Source: Chloroflexota bacterium
Lineage (GTDB): Bacteria; Chloroflexota; UBA11872; VXOZ01
NCBI GenBank assembly: GCA_965207135.1
Contig: OZ242272.1
Span: 2,437,336 to 2,501,335, forward strand
Length of the DNA: 64,000 bases
Direction: 5' to 3'
Positions 49,200 through 58,622 of the stretch are shown here, piece by piece; the stretch's first letter is position 1, and each line of letters begins with the position of its first letter. The notes below the pieces were generated by a model. The model was not told where the DNA came from. It did no database searches and was given only the letters and a program-made list of their open reading frames with translations. Position numbers and translations under genes: made by a program.

Positions 49200-50500
49200 G
49201 CATTGCAGTCTTTGGCAGCGTGATCGGTGCGGCCGCGTTGCTCTGGATTCTCTGGCCGCTCGTGCGGCGCAACGGTTTCTCCACGTCGTCCCGCGAAGAG
49301 AGCATCCGCGACGACCTTGCCGAACGCACGCTGTTGCTCTATCAAGAGCTCGAGGAAATAGACCTGGAGCACGAGCAAGGCGACCTCACCGCGGACGAAT
49401 ACGCGAGTTTGCGCGAGGCACAGAAGCAGCGTGTGCTTGCACTCCTCGAGTCCCGCCAGCGGGAATCAGAAGCGCTTAGCAGCACCGCCGCCAGCAGCGA
49501 TCCCGATGCTATGAGCGACGCGATTGAACGAGAAATCCTGCGTATTCGCGCGCGGCGCCGGGGACAGCAGGACATCTCTGACGGCTCGCAGCCTAATGAG
49601 CAAGCCCTGTCACCCCTGGGATCACGAAAACTGCGTTGGCTGTGGCTTGGTGTGCCCGCCGCCCTCGTGCTGCTTGCGTTTGGCGCCATCTTCCAACTCT
49701 ACCAGTCCTCCGCCCGTATCCTCACCGAGCAAACCCCCATCGTTCAGATTGACGTGTCGGAACTCGTGGGCTTTGCCTATGTCGGCCCCGACCACGTGCT
49801 GCTGGCAAGCGCGAGCGGCCTCCGGGAGAGCCGCGACGGCGGACGCACGTGGGTGGAAACCGCTCGGGACGTCGCGCCTGCCGCTATGGCAGTGTCGCCT
49901 GCAGGCGCTGGCTTTGTGTACGTTTTCACAGAGAATAGCGTGCATTCTACGTCAGACGCCGGACAGACCTGGCAGGAAGTGCAGGGCACGCTGCCGGGCA
50001 CGGACATCCTCGCTGCGGCAGTAGACCCATTCGCGCCGACCCAACTCTACGCGAGTTTTGCCGAGACCGGGCTGCACCGCTCGCGCGATGGCGGCGCCAC
50101 CTGGGAACCGGTGCCCACGCCTGATGACGAGACGATTGTGGCAATCCTGGTTGGCGACGTGCCGCCGCTGGTCTTTATTGCGCGGGAATCGGGTAGAGTG
50201 CAAGTGAGCAGCGACGAGGGTGAAACGTGGGCAGCCGCCAGCGGCGCCGTCACTATGGCGCTGCGCGGGCCGGTGCGCGCGCTGTCCGGCGCAGCGGACG
50301 GCAGCATGCTATTCGCGGCGTCCCATACCGGCCTGTACATGTCCACGTCGGCCGGGCAGACGTGGGTAGACCTCCCGTTGCGCAAGCCGCTGACCGCAGT
50401 TACAGTAGACCCAGCTACGCCTCGGACAGTACTGGCCGTCACGGAGTCAGGCGAAGTGTACCGCAGCACCGACGGCGGCATCGCTTGGAGAGACGAGTGA
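49196..50500 (+). CDS. Bitopic membrane protein with a CcmI-like N-terminal module (TM - WPLVRR - coiled G.L...EY..LR....R.L.LL - TM) fused to a periplasmic BNR/Asp-box beta-propeller
   Basis: There are six S/T-x-D-x-G-x-T/A-W Asp-box motifs (SRDGGRTW, SDAGQTW, SRDGGATW, SDEGETW, TSAGQTW, TDGGIAW). It overlaps the ccmH stop by 4 nt. Confidence 0.6.
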   Translation: MSIAVFGSVIGAAALLWILWPLVRRNGFSTSSREESIRDDLAERTLLLYQELEEIDLEHEQGDLTADEYASLREAQKQRVLALLESRQRESEALSSTAASSDPDAMSDAIEREILRIRARRRGQQDISDGSQPNEQALSPLGSRKLRWLWLGVPAALVLLAFGAIFQLYQSSARILTEQTPIVQIDVSELVGFAYVGPDHVLLASASGLRESRDGGRTWVETARDVAPAAMAVSPAGAGFVYVFTENSVHSTSDAGQTWQEVQGTLPGTDILAAAVDPFAPTQLYASFAETGLHRSRDGGATWEPVPTPDDETIVAILVGDVPPLVFIARESGRVQVSSDEGETWAAASGAVTMALRGPVRALSGAADGSMLFAASHTGLYMSTSAGQTWVDLPLRKPLTAVTVDPATPRTVLAVTESGEVYRSTDGGIAWRDE

Positions 50501-52032
50501 TGGCGCGAGCCGCGCATAGGAATTCTGCGAATCGCGTCGACGATACGTCGCTCCAGCCAAGGCGTCCTTCTCTCAACACACCAATTCCGCCACCCCCGTG
50601 TACACGAGACTCTGACATGGCATTCAATTCGTCATCCTCCCCTGGGAGGTCTTCTCTTGACCCAACAAATCCTTCGTTTCCCCAAGGGCGAGAAACTGCT
50701 GGCGCAAATAGTCCGTCATTCCCGCGCAAGCGGGAATCCATCCTTGCCGGCGCTGCCGCAGACTCAGAGTCCAACATCCTCTCGTCCCTGCCGCACTCCT
50801 TGTCTCTCATCCGCCGGGCAGCGTGCCTCTTTCTCGGCATGCTACTGTTTCTCTTCCACTTTGCCGCGGTCGCGGCGGCAGAGAACGGCGTCGTAACCGG
50901 TACGGTCATCAACGGCACTGAGGACGGCAGCGCGCCTGCGGACGTAGCAGTAACCCTCTACTACCTGCGTAACGGCGAGATTGTGGAGCAACGCACGCAG
51001 GTCACTGACGCTGCGGGCGTGTACCGCTTCACTGAGATTTCCACAGAGCCCACGCTGACATTCGTGGTTGTGGCTGCCTACGGGCAAGTGCCCTACAACT
51101 CCCCAGAGCTGCAGTTCGGGGAGAGTACGGAAATCCAGGCGCCGCCGCTCGCGGTGTACGAAGCCAGCCAGGATGCGAGTGTGGTGCGGGTGGTGACCGA
51201 TGTATTATTCGTCGCCCCGGGAGAAGAAGGGAGCGGCATGCTCGGCGTGATCGAGGTTGTGAGGCTCGCGAATGACAGCGATCGCACCTACCTCGCAACC
51301 GGCGTTGCCGGCGGCGGCGCGCCGATGAATGTGCTCCGTTTTGCACTTCCTGCCGACGCAGAGGACCTCACGATGCTCAGCGGTCTCAATTCGCAAAATG
51401 TGGTGCAGATCGATCGCGGCTTCGGCGTCTTCATGCCGCTGCTGCCAGGCGAACGCGAAGTAGCCTTCGGCTATCAGCTCCCGTACTCCGGCAGCACGCT
51501 GGAGCTCAACAAGCGCACGGTCTATCCCACCGATCATTTCGCCATTCTTGCCCTCGAAGAACATGCGCTGCAATTCAATTCAAGTCAACTTGAAGTGCAT
51601 GCCACGCCAATCGGCGACCGCCGCTACTTGGTGGGCGCCGCAAACTCTCTGACAGCGCGTGCGGACGTAAGCGTGCAAGTCGCAGGCTTGCCTGCGCCCT
51701 CCCTGCAAGTCCGGTTCGAGCGGCTCTTCGCTCGTGTCCGCGCTGCTCAAGCGACTTTCTTCATCCTACTGGGCATTGTTCTGGTCTTGCCCGTCCTCTA
51801 TGCCGTCTATCGCATGCGCGGCGGACTGCGGCGCAGAGTTGCGCGGACCTCCGCGTCCGCTGTCGCCGCGCCAGACGCGCAAGAAGCCCTGCTCCTCGAA
51901 ATAGCCCAACTTGATGATGACTTTGCCGCAGGCGGCTTGGCAGAAGACGAGTACCGGAAATTGCGCGCGGACAAGAAGCAACGCTTGCTTGAACTCTATG
52001 GCGAGCCGGGCAGCGAGGCAGACGATGGGTGA
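50500..52032 (+). CDS. Envelope protein with carboxypeptidase-regulatory-like beta-sandwich domain, C-terminal TM helix and cytoplasmic CcmI-like motif
   Basis: It has VVTGTVINGTEDGSAPADVAVTLYYLRNGEIVEQRTQVTDAAGVYRF and a C-terminal ...TM-RMRGGLRRR...LDDDFAAGGLAEDEYRKLRADKKQRLLEL. The start is uncertain among the ATG at 50500 (ATGA-coupled to the upstream gene), a TTG at 50800 giving a clean signal peptide MSLIRRAACLFLGMLLFLFHFAAVAAA, and an ATG at 50839. Confidence 0.45.
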   Translation: MARAAHRNSANRVDDTSLQPRRPSLNTPIPPPPCTRDSDMAFNSSSSPGRSSLDPTNPSFPQGRETAGANSPSFPRKRESILAGAAADSESNILSSLPHSLSLIRRAACLFLGMLLFLFHFAAVAAAENGVVTGTVINGTEDGSAPADVAVTLYYLRNGEIVEQRTQVTDAAGVYRFTEISTEPTLTFVVVAAYGQVPYNSPELQFGESTEIQAPPLAVYEASQDASVVRVVTDVLFVAPGEEGSGMLGVIEVVRLANDSDRTYLATGVAGGGAPMNVLRFALPADAEDLTMLSGLNSQNVVQIDRGFGVFMPLLPGEREVAFGYQLPYSGSTLELNKRTVYPTDHFAILALEEHALQFNSSQLEVHATPIGDRRYLVGAANSLTARADVSVQVAGLPAPSLQVRFERLFARVRAAQATFFILLGIVLVLPVLYAVYRMRGGLRRRVARTSASAVAAPDAQEALLLEIAQLDDDFAAGGLAEDEYRKLRADKKQRLLELYGEPGSEADDG

Positions 52033-52759
52033 TTCTGACGGTGCTGCAAGTCTTGCCGTGGAGGCCCTGGGGCTGGCCAAGAATTACGGTCTGCAAGTTG
52101 CGCTGGATCAAGTAAACCTCTCTCTGGGCGAGAAAGAGCGTTTGGCTGTCCTCGGCCCCAATGGTTCTGGTAAGACAACGTTGATTTCCGTCCTGAGCAC
52201 GGCCATGCGACCGTCGGCGGGCACGCTGCGCATCATGGGCTACGATAGTGCAGACGCCCCGAACGACGTGCGCCGGCACATCGGTGTCGTCGCGCATCGC
52301 ACCTACCTGTACGAAGAGCTATCGGCACGGGAGAATCTCGTTTTCTACGGCCGTCTCTTTGGCATTTCTGACCTTGCCGCGCGCGCAGATATGCTGCTAG
52401 ACCTTGTGGACATCTACGCGCGCCGCCACGATCAGGTAGGGAGCTTATCCCGCGGTATGCAACAGCGCGTGACTCTTGCGCGCGCCTTGATCCACGATCC
52501 CGCCGTGCTTCTGCTTGACGAACCGGACACGGGCTTGGATCAGGAACACCTCGATCTGCTTGCTTCTCTTGTCACCGGCAGCAAGATTCCACCGCGAGCC
52601 GTTATCCTCACCACGCACAATCTGGAGCGTGCGCTCGACCTCTGTCACCGGGTTGCGGTGCTCGCGCAAGGGAGGCTCGCGTACCAAGCCGAGAGCGCGT
52701 CCCTCGATCGCACGGCATTGCTTGACGCCTATCGCCGCCTGGCAGGAGCAGCCAAGTGA
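52025..52759 (+). CDS. ccmA: Haem exporter ATP-binding protein CcmA (ABC ATPase)
   Basis: It has the GPNGSGKTT Walker A, LSRGMQQRVTLARA signature and LLLDEP Walker B. The ATG at 52025 overlaps the upstream gene's end by 8 nt. Confidence 0.8.
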   Translation: MGDSDGAASLAVEALGLAKNYGLQVALDQVNLSLGEKERLAVLGPNGSGKTTLISVLSTAMRPSAGTLRIMGYDSADAPNDVRRHIGVVAHRTYLYEELSARENLVFYGRLFGISDLAARADMLLDLVDIYARRHDQVGSLSRGMQQRVTLARALIHDPAVLLLDEPDTGLDQEHLDLLASLVTGSKIPPRAVILTTHNLERALDLCHRVAVLAQGRLAYQAESASLDRTALLDAYRRLAGAAK

Positions 52760-53424
52760 ACCTTGCCGTACGACAGGTATTGGCGGTAGTGCAAAAAGAC
52801 CTCATGGTGGAGATGCGCGCGCGCGACCTGCTGAACGTGATGCTGACGTTTGCGGTGCTCTCGCTGATAATCTTCAACCTTGCCTTGGACCTGCGCGGGC
52901 CGACGGTTCACGAAGTGGGGCCGGGGTTGCTGTGGCTCACAATCGCCTTTGCCGCCATTCTGGGTATGGGGCGGACATTCGTGCGCGAGCATGACCGCGG
53001 CACACTTGACGGACTGTTGCTCGCGCCAATCGACCGGGGCACACTCTACATTGCGAAGCTGCTCGCCAACCTCATCTTCCTTTTCATCATGGAAGCAGTC
53101 GCCCTACCCATGTTCGCCTTGCTGTTCAATCTGCCGGTGCTCCAGCCGTCCGTGATTCTCATAACTGTGTGTGGCACGCTGGGCTTTGCCATTCTGGGCA
53201 CAACGTTCTCCGCCATGGCGGCGCACAGCCGCGCGCGTGAAGCGTTGCTGCCGCTCTTGCTCTTGCCCACGACCGTACCCATAATCATCGGCGCCGTACA
53301 GGCTACAAGCTATGCGATCAGCCGTACGGAAGGCGGCCCCCCCTGGCTGGGCCTGCTCATTGCCTTTGACGTGATATTCTTCACCCTCTCATACTTACTC
53401 TTTGCACACGCCGTTGAAGGATGA
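52756..53424 (+). CDS. ccmB: Haem exporter membrane protein CcmB
   Basis: The 222-aa, 6-TM protein shows the CcmB family pattern. It overlaps ccmA by 4 nt. Confidence 0.8.
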   Translation: MNLAVRQVLAVVQKDLMVEMRARDLLNVMLTFAVLSLIIFNLALDLRGPTVHEVGPGLLWLTIAFAAILGMGRTFVREHDRGTLDGLLLAPIDRGTLYIAKLLANLIFLFIMEAVALPMFALLFNLPVLQPSVILITVCGTLGFAILGTTFSAMAAHSRAREALLPLLLLPTTVPIIIGAVQATSYAISRTEGGPPWLGLLIAFDVIFFTLSYLLFAHAVEG

Positions 53425-53664
53425 GTTTATTCCCTTGATTGGCAGGGCACCGTTCGTGCTGCGCACTCTGGGCGCCCCTATATGTATAGTTAGCTGAACG
53501 GAACTGCGTATTAACTCTTACGTCCCGCGAAAGGAAGAGCCTGCGTCGTGAGCAAAGAGCCACCTGGTCTTCCGAACGCTATACTTTAATGCAGCCGGTG
53601 ATGACGTCCCCGCGAGCGCACGAGTTGGCGCGGATGGCGCTGGCTACGGTCACAATGCGATGCT

Positions 53665-54396
53665 ATGCACTTGCAGGAAAGGAAGCAAACGGCGGTGAGT
53701 AGTATTGATAGAGGCGCGCGGCGATGGGTAGATGACATTCTTGGCGTTGCCACGCTGGTCGGCATGGTGGCGGCACTCTGGCTTGTTTTTGTCTACACGC
53801 CCGTAGAGCTTGTGCAGGGCGCCGTGCAGAAGGTTTTCTACATCCACCTTGCCTCCATTTGGAACGCATACTTGAGTTTCTTCCTCGTCTTCGTGGCGAG
53901 CATCCTCTATCTGCGACGGCCGAGTGCGGCTACAGATCGGTTCGCGCGCGCTTGGGCGGAAATCGGCGTGATCTTCACAACCATCACACTCATCAGCGGC
54001 GCGATTTGGGGCAAGCCAACCTGGGGCACGTATTGGACGTGGGATCCCCGGCTTACCACCACACTCCTCCTCTGGCTCATCTACGTGGTCTACATCATGC
54101 TGCGCGGCTTCGTGGGCGATCCCGAGCGCGGGCGGCGCTACGCCGCCATCGTAGGCATCATCGGCTTCATCGACGTGCCCATCGTGCACATGTCCGTACG
54201 CTGGTGGCGCACGCTGCATCCCGACCCAATCGTAGCCAGACTAGAGGGTCCGGAATTGCCAATGAGCATGTGGTACACGGTGCTCTACTGCATCGTGGTG
54301 TTTACGCTTTTGGCAGTCTTCTTGGTGCGTCAGCGCCTGCAAATCGACGAGTTGCGGGAAAGCCTCCTCGCGCTACGTTTGTCCCCGAGACAATAA
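53665..54396 (+). CDS. ccmC: Haem exporter protein CcmC
   Basis: It has the WWD-domain signature WGKPTWGTYWTWDPRLTTTLLLWLIY and conserved His residues. Confidence 0.85.
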   Translation: MHLQERKQTAVSSIDRGARRWVDDILGVATLVGMVAALWLVFVYTPVELVQGAVQKVFYIHLASIWNAYLSFFLVFVASILYLRRPSAATDRFARAWAEIGVIFTTITLISGAIWGKPTWGTYWTWDPRLTTTLLLWLIYVVYIMLRGFVGDPERGRRYAAIVGIIGFIDVPIVHMSVRWWRTLHPDPIVARLEGPELPMSMWYTVLYCIVVFTLLAVFLVRQRLQIDELRESLLALRLSPRQ

Positions 54397-54413
54397 GGAA
54401 CAGGAACAGCTCT

Positions 54414-54593
54414 ATGGATACGCTACAAAACCTTGACTACCTTTTCGCCGCGTTTGCCATATTCTGGGTGGTGATCTTCGGCTACTTCTTTTACATCACC
54501 AGACAACTGGGTGAGCTGCGGCGTGAGGTGAAGGCACTTCACGAAGAACGCGCACGCGATGCATCGGACCCGGATGCACCGTCGGGATACTAG
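54414..54593 (+). CDS. ccmD: Haem exporter protein CcmD (small single-TM protein)
   Basis: The 59-aa protein is MDTLQNLDYLFAAFAIFWVVIFGYFFYITRQ... It has an AGGAA RBS and lies immediately after ccmC. Confidence 0.7.
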   Translation: MDTLQNLDYLFAAFAIFWVVIFGYFFYITRQLGELRREVKALHEERARDASDPDAPSGY

Positions 54594-54750
54594 CTCTTGC
54601 TTTCAACTAAACGGCATCACGGTCTTTCGCGGCTCGGAAGCAAGACATGCGCGCCGGAGTACTACTTCATCATGTTGGCACCTGTCAGGGTGCGTGTTAT
54701 CCTATAAATACTGAAGTAATGGCGCAATCCAGGAATCCGAGAGAGTTTCA

Positions 54751-56268
54751 ATGACGGAAGACGGGTCATGTACGACGGCACAGACAGAGAATCGAAAGAA
54801 TCAGACGAGTGAAGGTTCTGGAGGGTCCGCCGCCGTAACTACCCTTACGGAATCCGACGCGCGTGCGCGCAGTCTGGCGCTCAATGACCGCGTTCCCGCG
54901 AGCGGGTTGTTTGGCGAGGCGAGCCGGCCCCTTGTGGAAGGCTCCCGCGCCTCTTGGCGCATTGCGCCCGAGCCGTTCCTTATCACTCCCGAGAGCTACG
55001 CGCGTTTGCAGCAATTGGGAGACCGGCTGCTGGCCTTCTATAGCGCCGCAAACCGCCTTTACCGGCGCAGCGTGCGCGGCACAATTCCCTCGTTCTTTCA
55101 CGAGTATCTCGATCGGGGCAAGAGCGAGACCGTAGTCGATTACGGACGCATGAACCGCTTCCGGCGCGACCTGCCCGGCGTGATCCGTCCCGATCTCCTC
55201 CTGACGACCGACGGCGTGAAGGCCGCAGAATTAGATTCCGTACCCGGCGGTATCGGCCTCACCGGCAGCATGCAGCAGCACTACAGCAGCCTGGGTTTCA
55301 CCATGGCAGGCGGCAACAACGGCATGGCTGAAGGCTTTGCCGCCATGATTCGCAGCTACGCTGGGAATGAGGACCCCCAGCTTGCAATTGCGGTTTCAGA
55401 CGAGTCCGCCGACTACCGCCCGGAGATGCAATGGCTTTCCGATCAATTGCGGGAACTGGGCATGAGCAGTGCCTGCGCCAAGCCGGAAGACATTGTCATG
55501 CGCGACGACGGGCTTTATCTGGACGACCGGCCGATTGACACGCTCTATCGCTTCCTAGAGCTCTTCGATCTGAAGAATATCCCAAACTACGATCTGCTGC
55601 TCTACGCCGTGCGCAAGCAACTGGTCGTAATGACGCCGCCGCTCAAAGCATATCTTGAGGAAAAGTTGCTCTTCGGGCTCTTCCATCATCCGGTGTTGGC
55701 TGAATTCTGGGCACAGGAGATGGGGAAAGAGAACGTTGCCGCCCTGCAACGCGTGATTCCCCAGACCTGGATACTGGACCCACGGCCGTTGCCGCCCCAC
55801 GCGGTTGTCCCGGGTCTGGAAGTCGTAAAAAAACCCGTATCGGACTGGAAGCAACTCTTGGGGTTGGGTCAGTCAGAGCGGCGCTTGGTCATCAAGCCTT
55901 CCGGCTACTCTGCCACTGCCTGGGGCAGCCGGGGCGTCACCATCGGCCACGACCATCCAGAAGCGGAGTGGGATGAAGCCGTGCAGACGGCGCTTGACGC
56001 TTTCGAGACGACACCCCACGTCCTACAGAAATTCCACCACGGCAACCGCTACGGCACCCGGTATTACGACTTTGCGCAGGACTCTGTGCGCAAGATGAAC
56101 GGCCGCGTGCGGTTGAGTCCGTATTACTTTGTTGCGAATGACGAGACTACCCTCGCCGGTATTCTTGTCACAATCGTGCCGGCGGACAAGAAACTCATCC
56201 ACGGCATGGTCGACGCCGTGATGGTGCCGGCCGCTGTAAGCGAGAGCGGCGTAAACCTCGACCTTTAA
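54751..56268 (+). CDS. ATP-grasp-fold amidoligase (glutathionylspermidine-synthase / pre-ATP-grasp-like), specificity unknown
   Basis: The 505-aa protein has a large N-terminal domain followed by LVIKPSGYSATAWGSRGVTIG, which resembles the ATP-grasp K-P..G..G.GV phosphate-binding motif. Confidence 0.5.
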   Translation: MTEDGSCTTAQTENRKNQTSEGSGGSAAVTTLTESDARARSLALNDRVPASGLFGEASRPLVEGSRASWRIAPEPFLITPESYARLQQLGDRLLAFYSAANRLYRRSVRGTIPSFFHEYLDRGKSETVVDYGRMNRFRRDLPGVIRPDLLLTTDGVKAAELDSVPGGIGLTGSMQQHYSSLGFTMAGGNNGMAEGFAAMIRSYAGNEDPQLAIAVSDESADYRPEMQWLSDQLRELGMSSACAKPEDIVMRDDGLYLDDRPIDTLYRFLELFDLKNIPNYDLLLYAVRKQLVVMTPPLKAYLEEKLLFGLFHHPVLAEFWAQEMGKENVAALQRVIPQTWILDPRPLPPHAVVPGLEVVKKPVSDWKQLLGLGQSERRLVIKPSGYSATAWGSRGVTIGHDHPEAEWDEAVQTALDAFETTPHVLQKFHHGNRYGTRYYDFAQDSVRKMNGRVRLSPYYFVANDETTLAGILVTIVPADKKLIHGMVDAVMVPAAVSESGVNLDL

Positions 56269-56307
56269 AGCGCTAGCCCTAGGGCAAATGGAGAATAGGG
56301 AACCGGC

Positions 56308-57504
56308 ATGGCAATCTCACAATCTCAAGTGAAACGAGACAAAGAAGAGTGGCAGGAACTCCTTGCGGCTGGCATCAACCGGCCTGAGAAGCTTATTAAC
56401 GAACTTGGCGAGCGGCTTGGTTTGGACGACGAGACTGCCGCCAGCCTGCACAGAAACTTCCCGGTGCGGATTAACCCCTACTACCTTGGCTTGATTGATG
56501 AGGTCAATGATCCCATCTGGCGTCAGGCCATTCCCGATGAGATGGAACTCGACCACAGCGATTCATTCACGACGATGGACCCGCTGGCCGAGGATATGGA
56601 CTCGCCGGTGCCATATCTGACGCACCGGTACCCCGATCGGGTGCTCATGGTCGTGCAGTTGCAGTGCGCCATGTACTGCCGCTTCTGCACGCGCCGCCGC
56701 GAAGTAGGCAGCCGCAATGCCGTCACCAAAGCTGACTGGGACCGGCAGATCCAATATATCGCAGAGAACCCTGAAGTTCGCGACGTTATTATCTCCGGCG
56801 GCGACCCTTTCATGCTGCTCGACCACCAGATCGACTATATTCTCAAGAATCTCCGCGCGATACCGCACATGGAGATCATCCGCCTGGACTCCCGCATGCC
56901 CGTCACCTTGCCCCAACGCGTGACGGAGAACCTCTGCAAAATCATACAGCGCTATCACCCGGTCTACCTGAACACCCACTTCAACCACCCGCGCGAAGTT
57001 ACGCCTGAGTCTTCACGCGCGTGCGAACTCATGAACGATCACGGGGTTCCCGTGGGCAATCAGAGTGTGCTGCTGCGCGGCGTAAACGACAATCCTGAGA
57101 CCATGAAAACCTTGGTCCAAGAACTGCTGAAAATTCGCGTCAAACCCTACTATCTTTACCAGGCCGACCTGGTGACCGGTACCAGCCACTTCCGCACCGC
57201 CGTGGAAAAGGGACTGGAGATTATCAAGGCCATCCAAGGCCACACGAGCGGCATGGCTGTTCCTCACTATGTGATCGACGCGCCTCAGGGCGGCGGCAAG
57301 ATTCCGGTGACGCCCGATTTCATCCAAGAAATCACCGACAATGAAATCGTGCTGAAGAACTACGAAGGCAACGTCTACCGCTATCCCATAGACGCGGAAG
57401 TGCCGAACGCCCAGGAAACGAAGCTGTCCCAAGCGCACACCAATGGCAAGGGCAACGGCGATCTCGTCGAAGACGGCAGCGCCGCAGGTACAGATGCAAG
57501 TTAG
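56308..57504 (+). CDS. kamA: KamA-family radical SAM L-lysine 2,3-aminomutase
   Basis: It has the CAMYCRFC (CxxxCxxC) cluster. Both substrate-lysine-binding Asp residues are conserved (YQADL and VIDAPQGGGK), which argues against a glutamate 2,3-aminomutase. It also has a PLP-Lys region. Confidence 0.85.
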   Translation: MAISQSQVKRDKEEWQELLAAGINRPEKLINELGERLGLDDETAASLHRNFPVRINPYYLGLIDEVNDPIWRQAIPDEMELDHSDSFTTMDPLAEDMDSPVPYLTHRYPDRVLMVVQLQCAMYCRFCTRRREVGSRNAVTKADWDRQIQYIAENPEVRDVIISGGDPFMLLDHQIDYILKNLRAIPHMEIIRLDSRMPVTLPQRVTENLCKIIQRYHPVYLNTHFNHPREVTPESSRACELMNDHGVPVGNQSVLLRGVNDNPETMKTLVQELLKIRVKPYYLYQADLVTGTSHFRTAVEKGLEIIKAIQGHTSGMAVPHYVIDAPQGGGKIPVTPDFIQEITDNEIVLKNYEGNVYRYPIDAEVPNAQETKLSQAHTNGKGNGDLVEDGSAAGTDAS

Positions 57505-57571
57505 TGGTTGTCTGCGTGGCAGTAGGTGCTTGCGACAACTGTCCTGAACCCTCGACAGAGAAACCTCCCCT

Positions 57572-58621
57572 TTGAAGGCCCTACTCCGCATTGCCGCCGT
57601 CGGACTAGAACACGACGAGATCTACCGTGTGCTCGACCGGCTGCGCCATCATGAAGAAGCCACCCTGGCGGCCATCGCTGAACGCAGCGGACGTCTGCGC
57701 ATGGCTGCGGCAGGCCGCTATTGCGTACCCGTCTTTCCGCGCCTGGCGCCGCTCTTGGATAAGACCGACGTAGACGCCGTGCTCGTTGCCACGGCGAACG
57801 GCGACAAGGCGGCCGCCGTCCAGGAAGCCTTGCACGCAGGCAAGCACGTCATCGCCCATGCCCCGCTCGCAATTACGTTGGAGCAACTTGCTGCGGTGGA
57901 AGAAGCACAGGAAGTCACCAACGCCGCGCTGGTCATGCTGCTGCCGCAGCGCTTCGCGCCGGCCTACGTGCACCTGCGGGACATGGTCGTAAAAGGAGGG
58001 CTTGGCGCCATCAGCCAGGTGGTGATCATAAACTCGCAGAAGGTCGCGGCAACCCCCCGCACCCAGGCGTTCTATGCCACCAAGACGCACGGCGGCGTGC
58101 TGACGACTCTGGCAGTCCACGACATCGACGTGTTGCGCTGGCTGGGCGGAGAAGTGACAGTCGCCTATGCCGCGACCCAATGCCACGGTCTCACCGAGCA
58201 GCCGGACTTCGAAGACGCGGGCTTGGTGCGCTGCGCGCTCGCGGGCGGCGGCGAGGGCATAATTGCGTGCAATTGGCTGGCGCCGGACGGCGGTGCGCCG
58301 TTTCACGAAATCACGGTGATCGGCACCGAAGGCACAGCCTGGGTTCACGGCGGGAAGATGCACGCATTGCGCGGAGACGCCGCAGGACAATTGTCCGACG
58401 GCGCCGATAGTCAGGGCTACTTTGCCACACACAGTGAAGCCGGAAATGCCTTCCCATCGGCCGCCGGTCAAGCCGACCATGACATTGACGCAGCAATGCT
58501 GAACGCCGCACTTTCCGCGCTCGGCGATGCCGACTTGCGCGCAGCGGCCACTACTGATGCCCTCCGCACCACTCGTGCGGCAGTGCAAGCTCAGCACACT
58601 GCCTGGCAGGACGTTGAATAA
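57572..58621 (+). CDS. Gfo/Idh/MocA-like oxidoreductase with a degenerate N-terminal dinucleotide motif
   Basis: It has DAVLVATANGDKAAAVQEALHAGKHVIAHAPLA, the family core (D.V.IATP...H....AL.AGKHVLCEKPLA), but the first strand lacks GxGxxG. Confidence 0.55.
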   Translation: MKALLRIAAVGLEHDEIYRVLDRLRHHEEATLAAIAERSGRLRMAAAGRYCVPVFPRLAPLLDKTDVDAVLVATANGDKAAAVQEALHAGKHVIAHAPLAITLEQLAAVEEAQEVTNAALVMLLPQRFAPAYVHLRDMVVKGGLGAISQVVIINSQKVAATPRTQAFYATKTHGGVLTTLAVHDIDVLRWLGGEVTVAYAATQCHGLTEQPDFEDAGLVRCALAGGGEGIIACNWLAPDGGAPFHEITVIGTEGTAWVHGGKMHALRGDAAGQLSDGADSQGYFATHSEAGNAFPSAAGQADHDIDAAMLNAALSALGDADLRAAATTDALRTTRAAVQAQHTAWQDVE

Positions 58622-58622
58622 C

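Noticed and set aside
50227-50500. 5' extension of the ORF at 50227-52032 into the preceding gene
   Set aside because: It overlaps the BNR-propeller gene in another frame. In-frame starts at 50500, 50800 and 50839 are the plausible ones.
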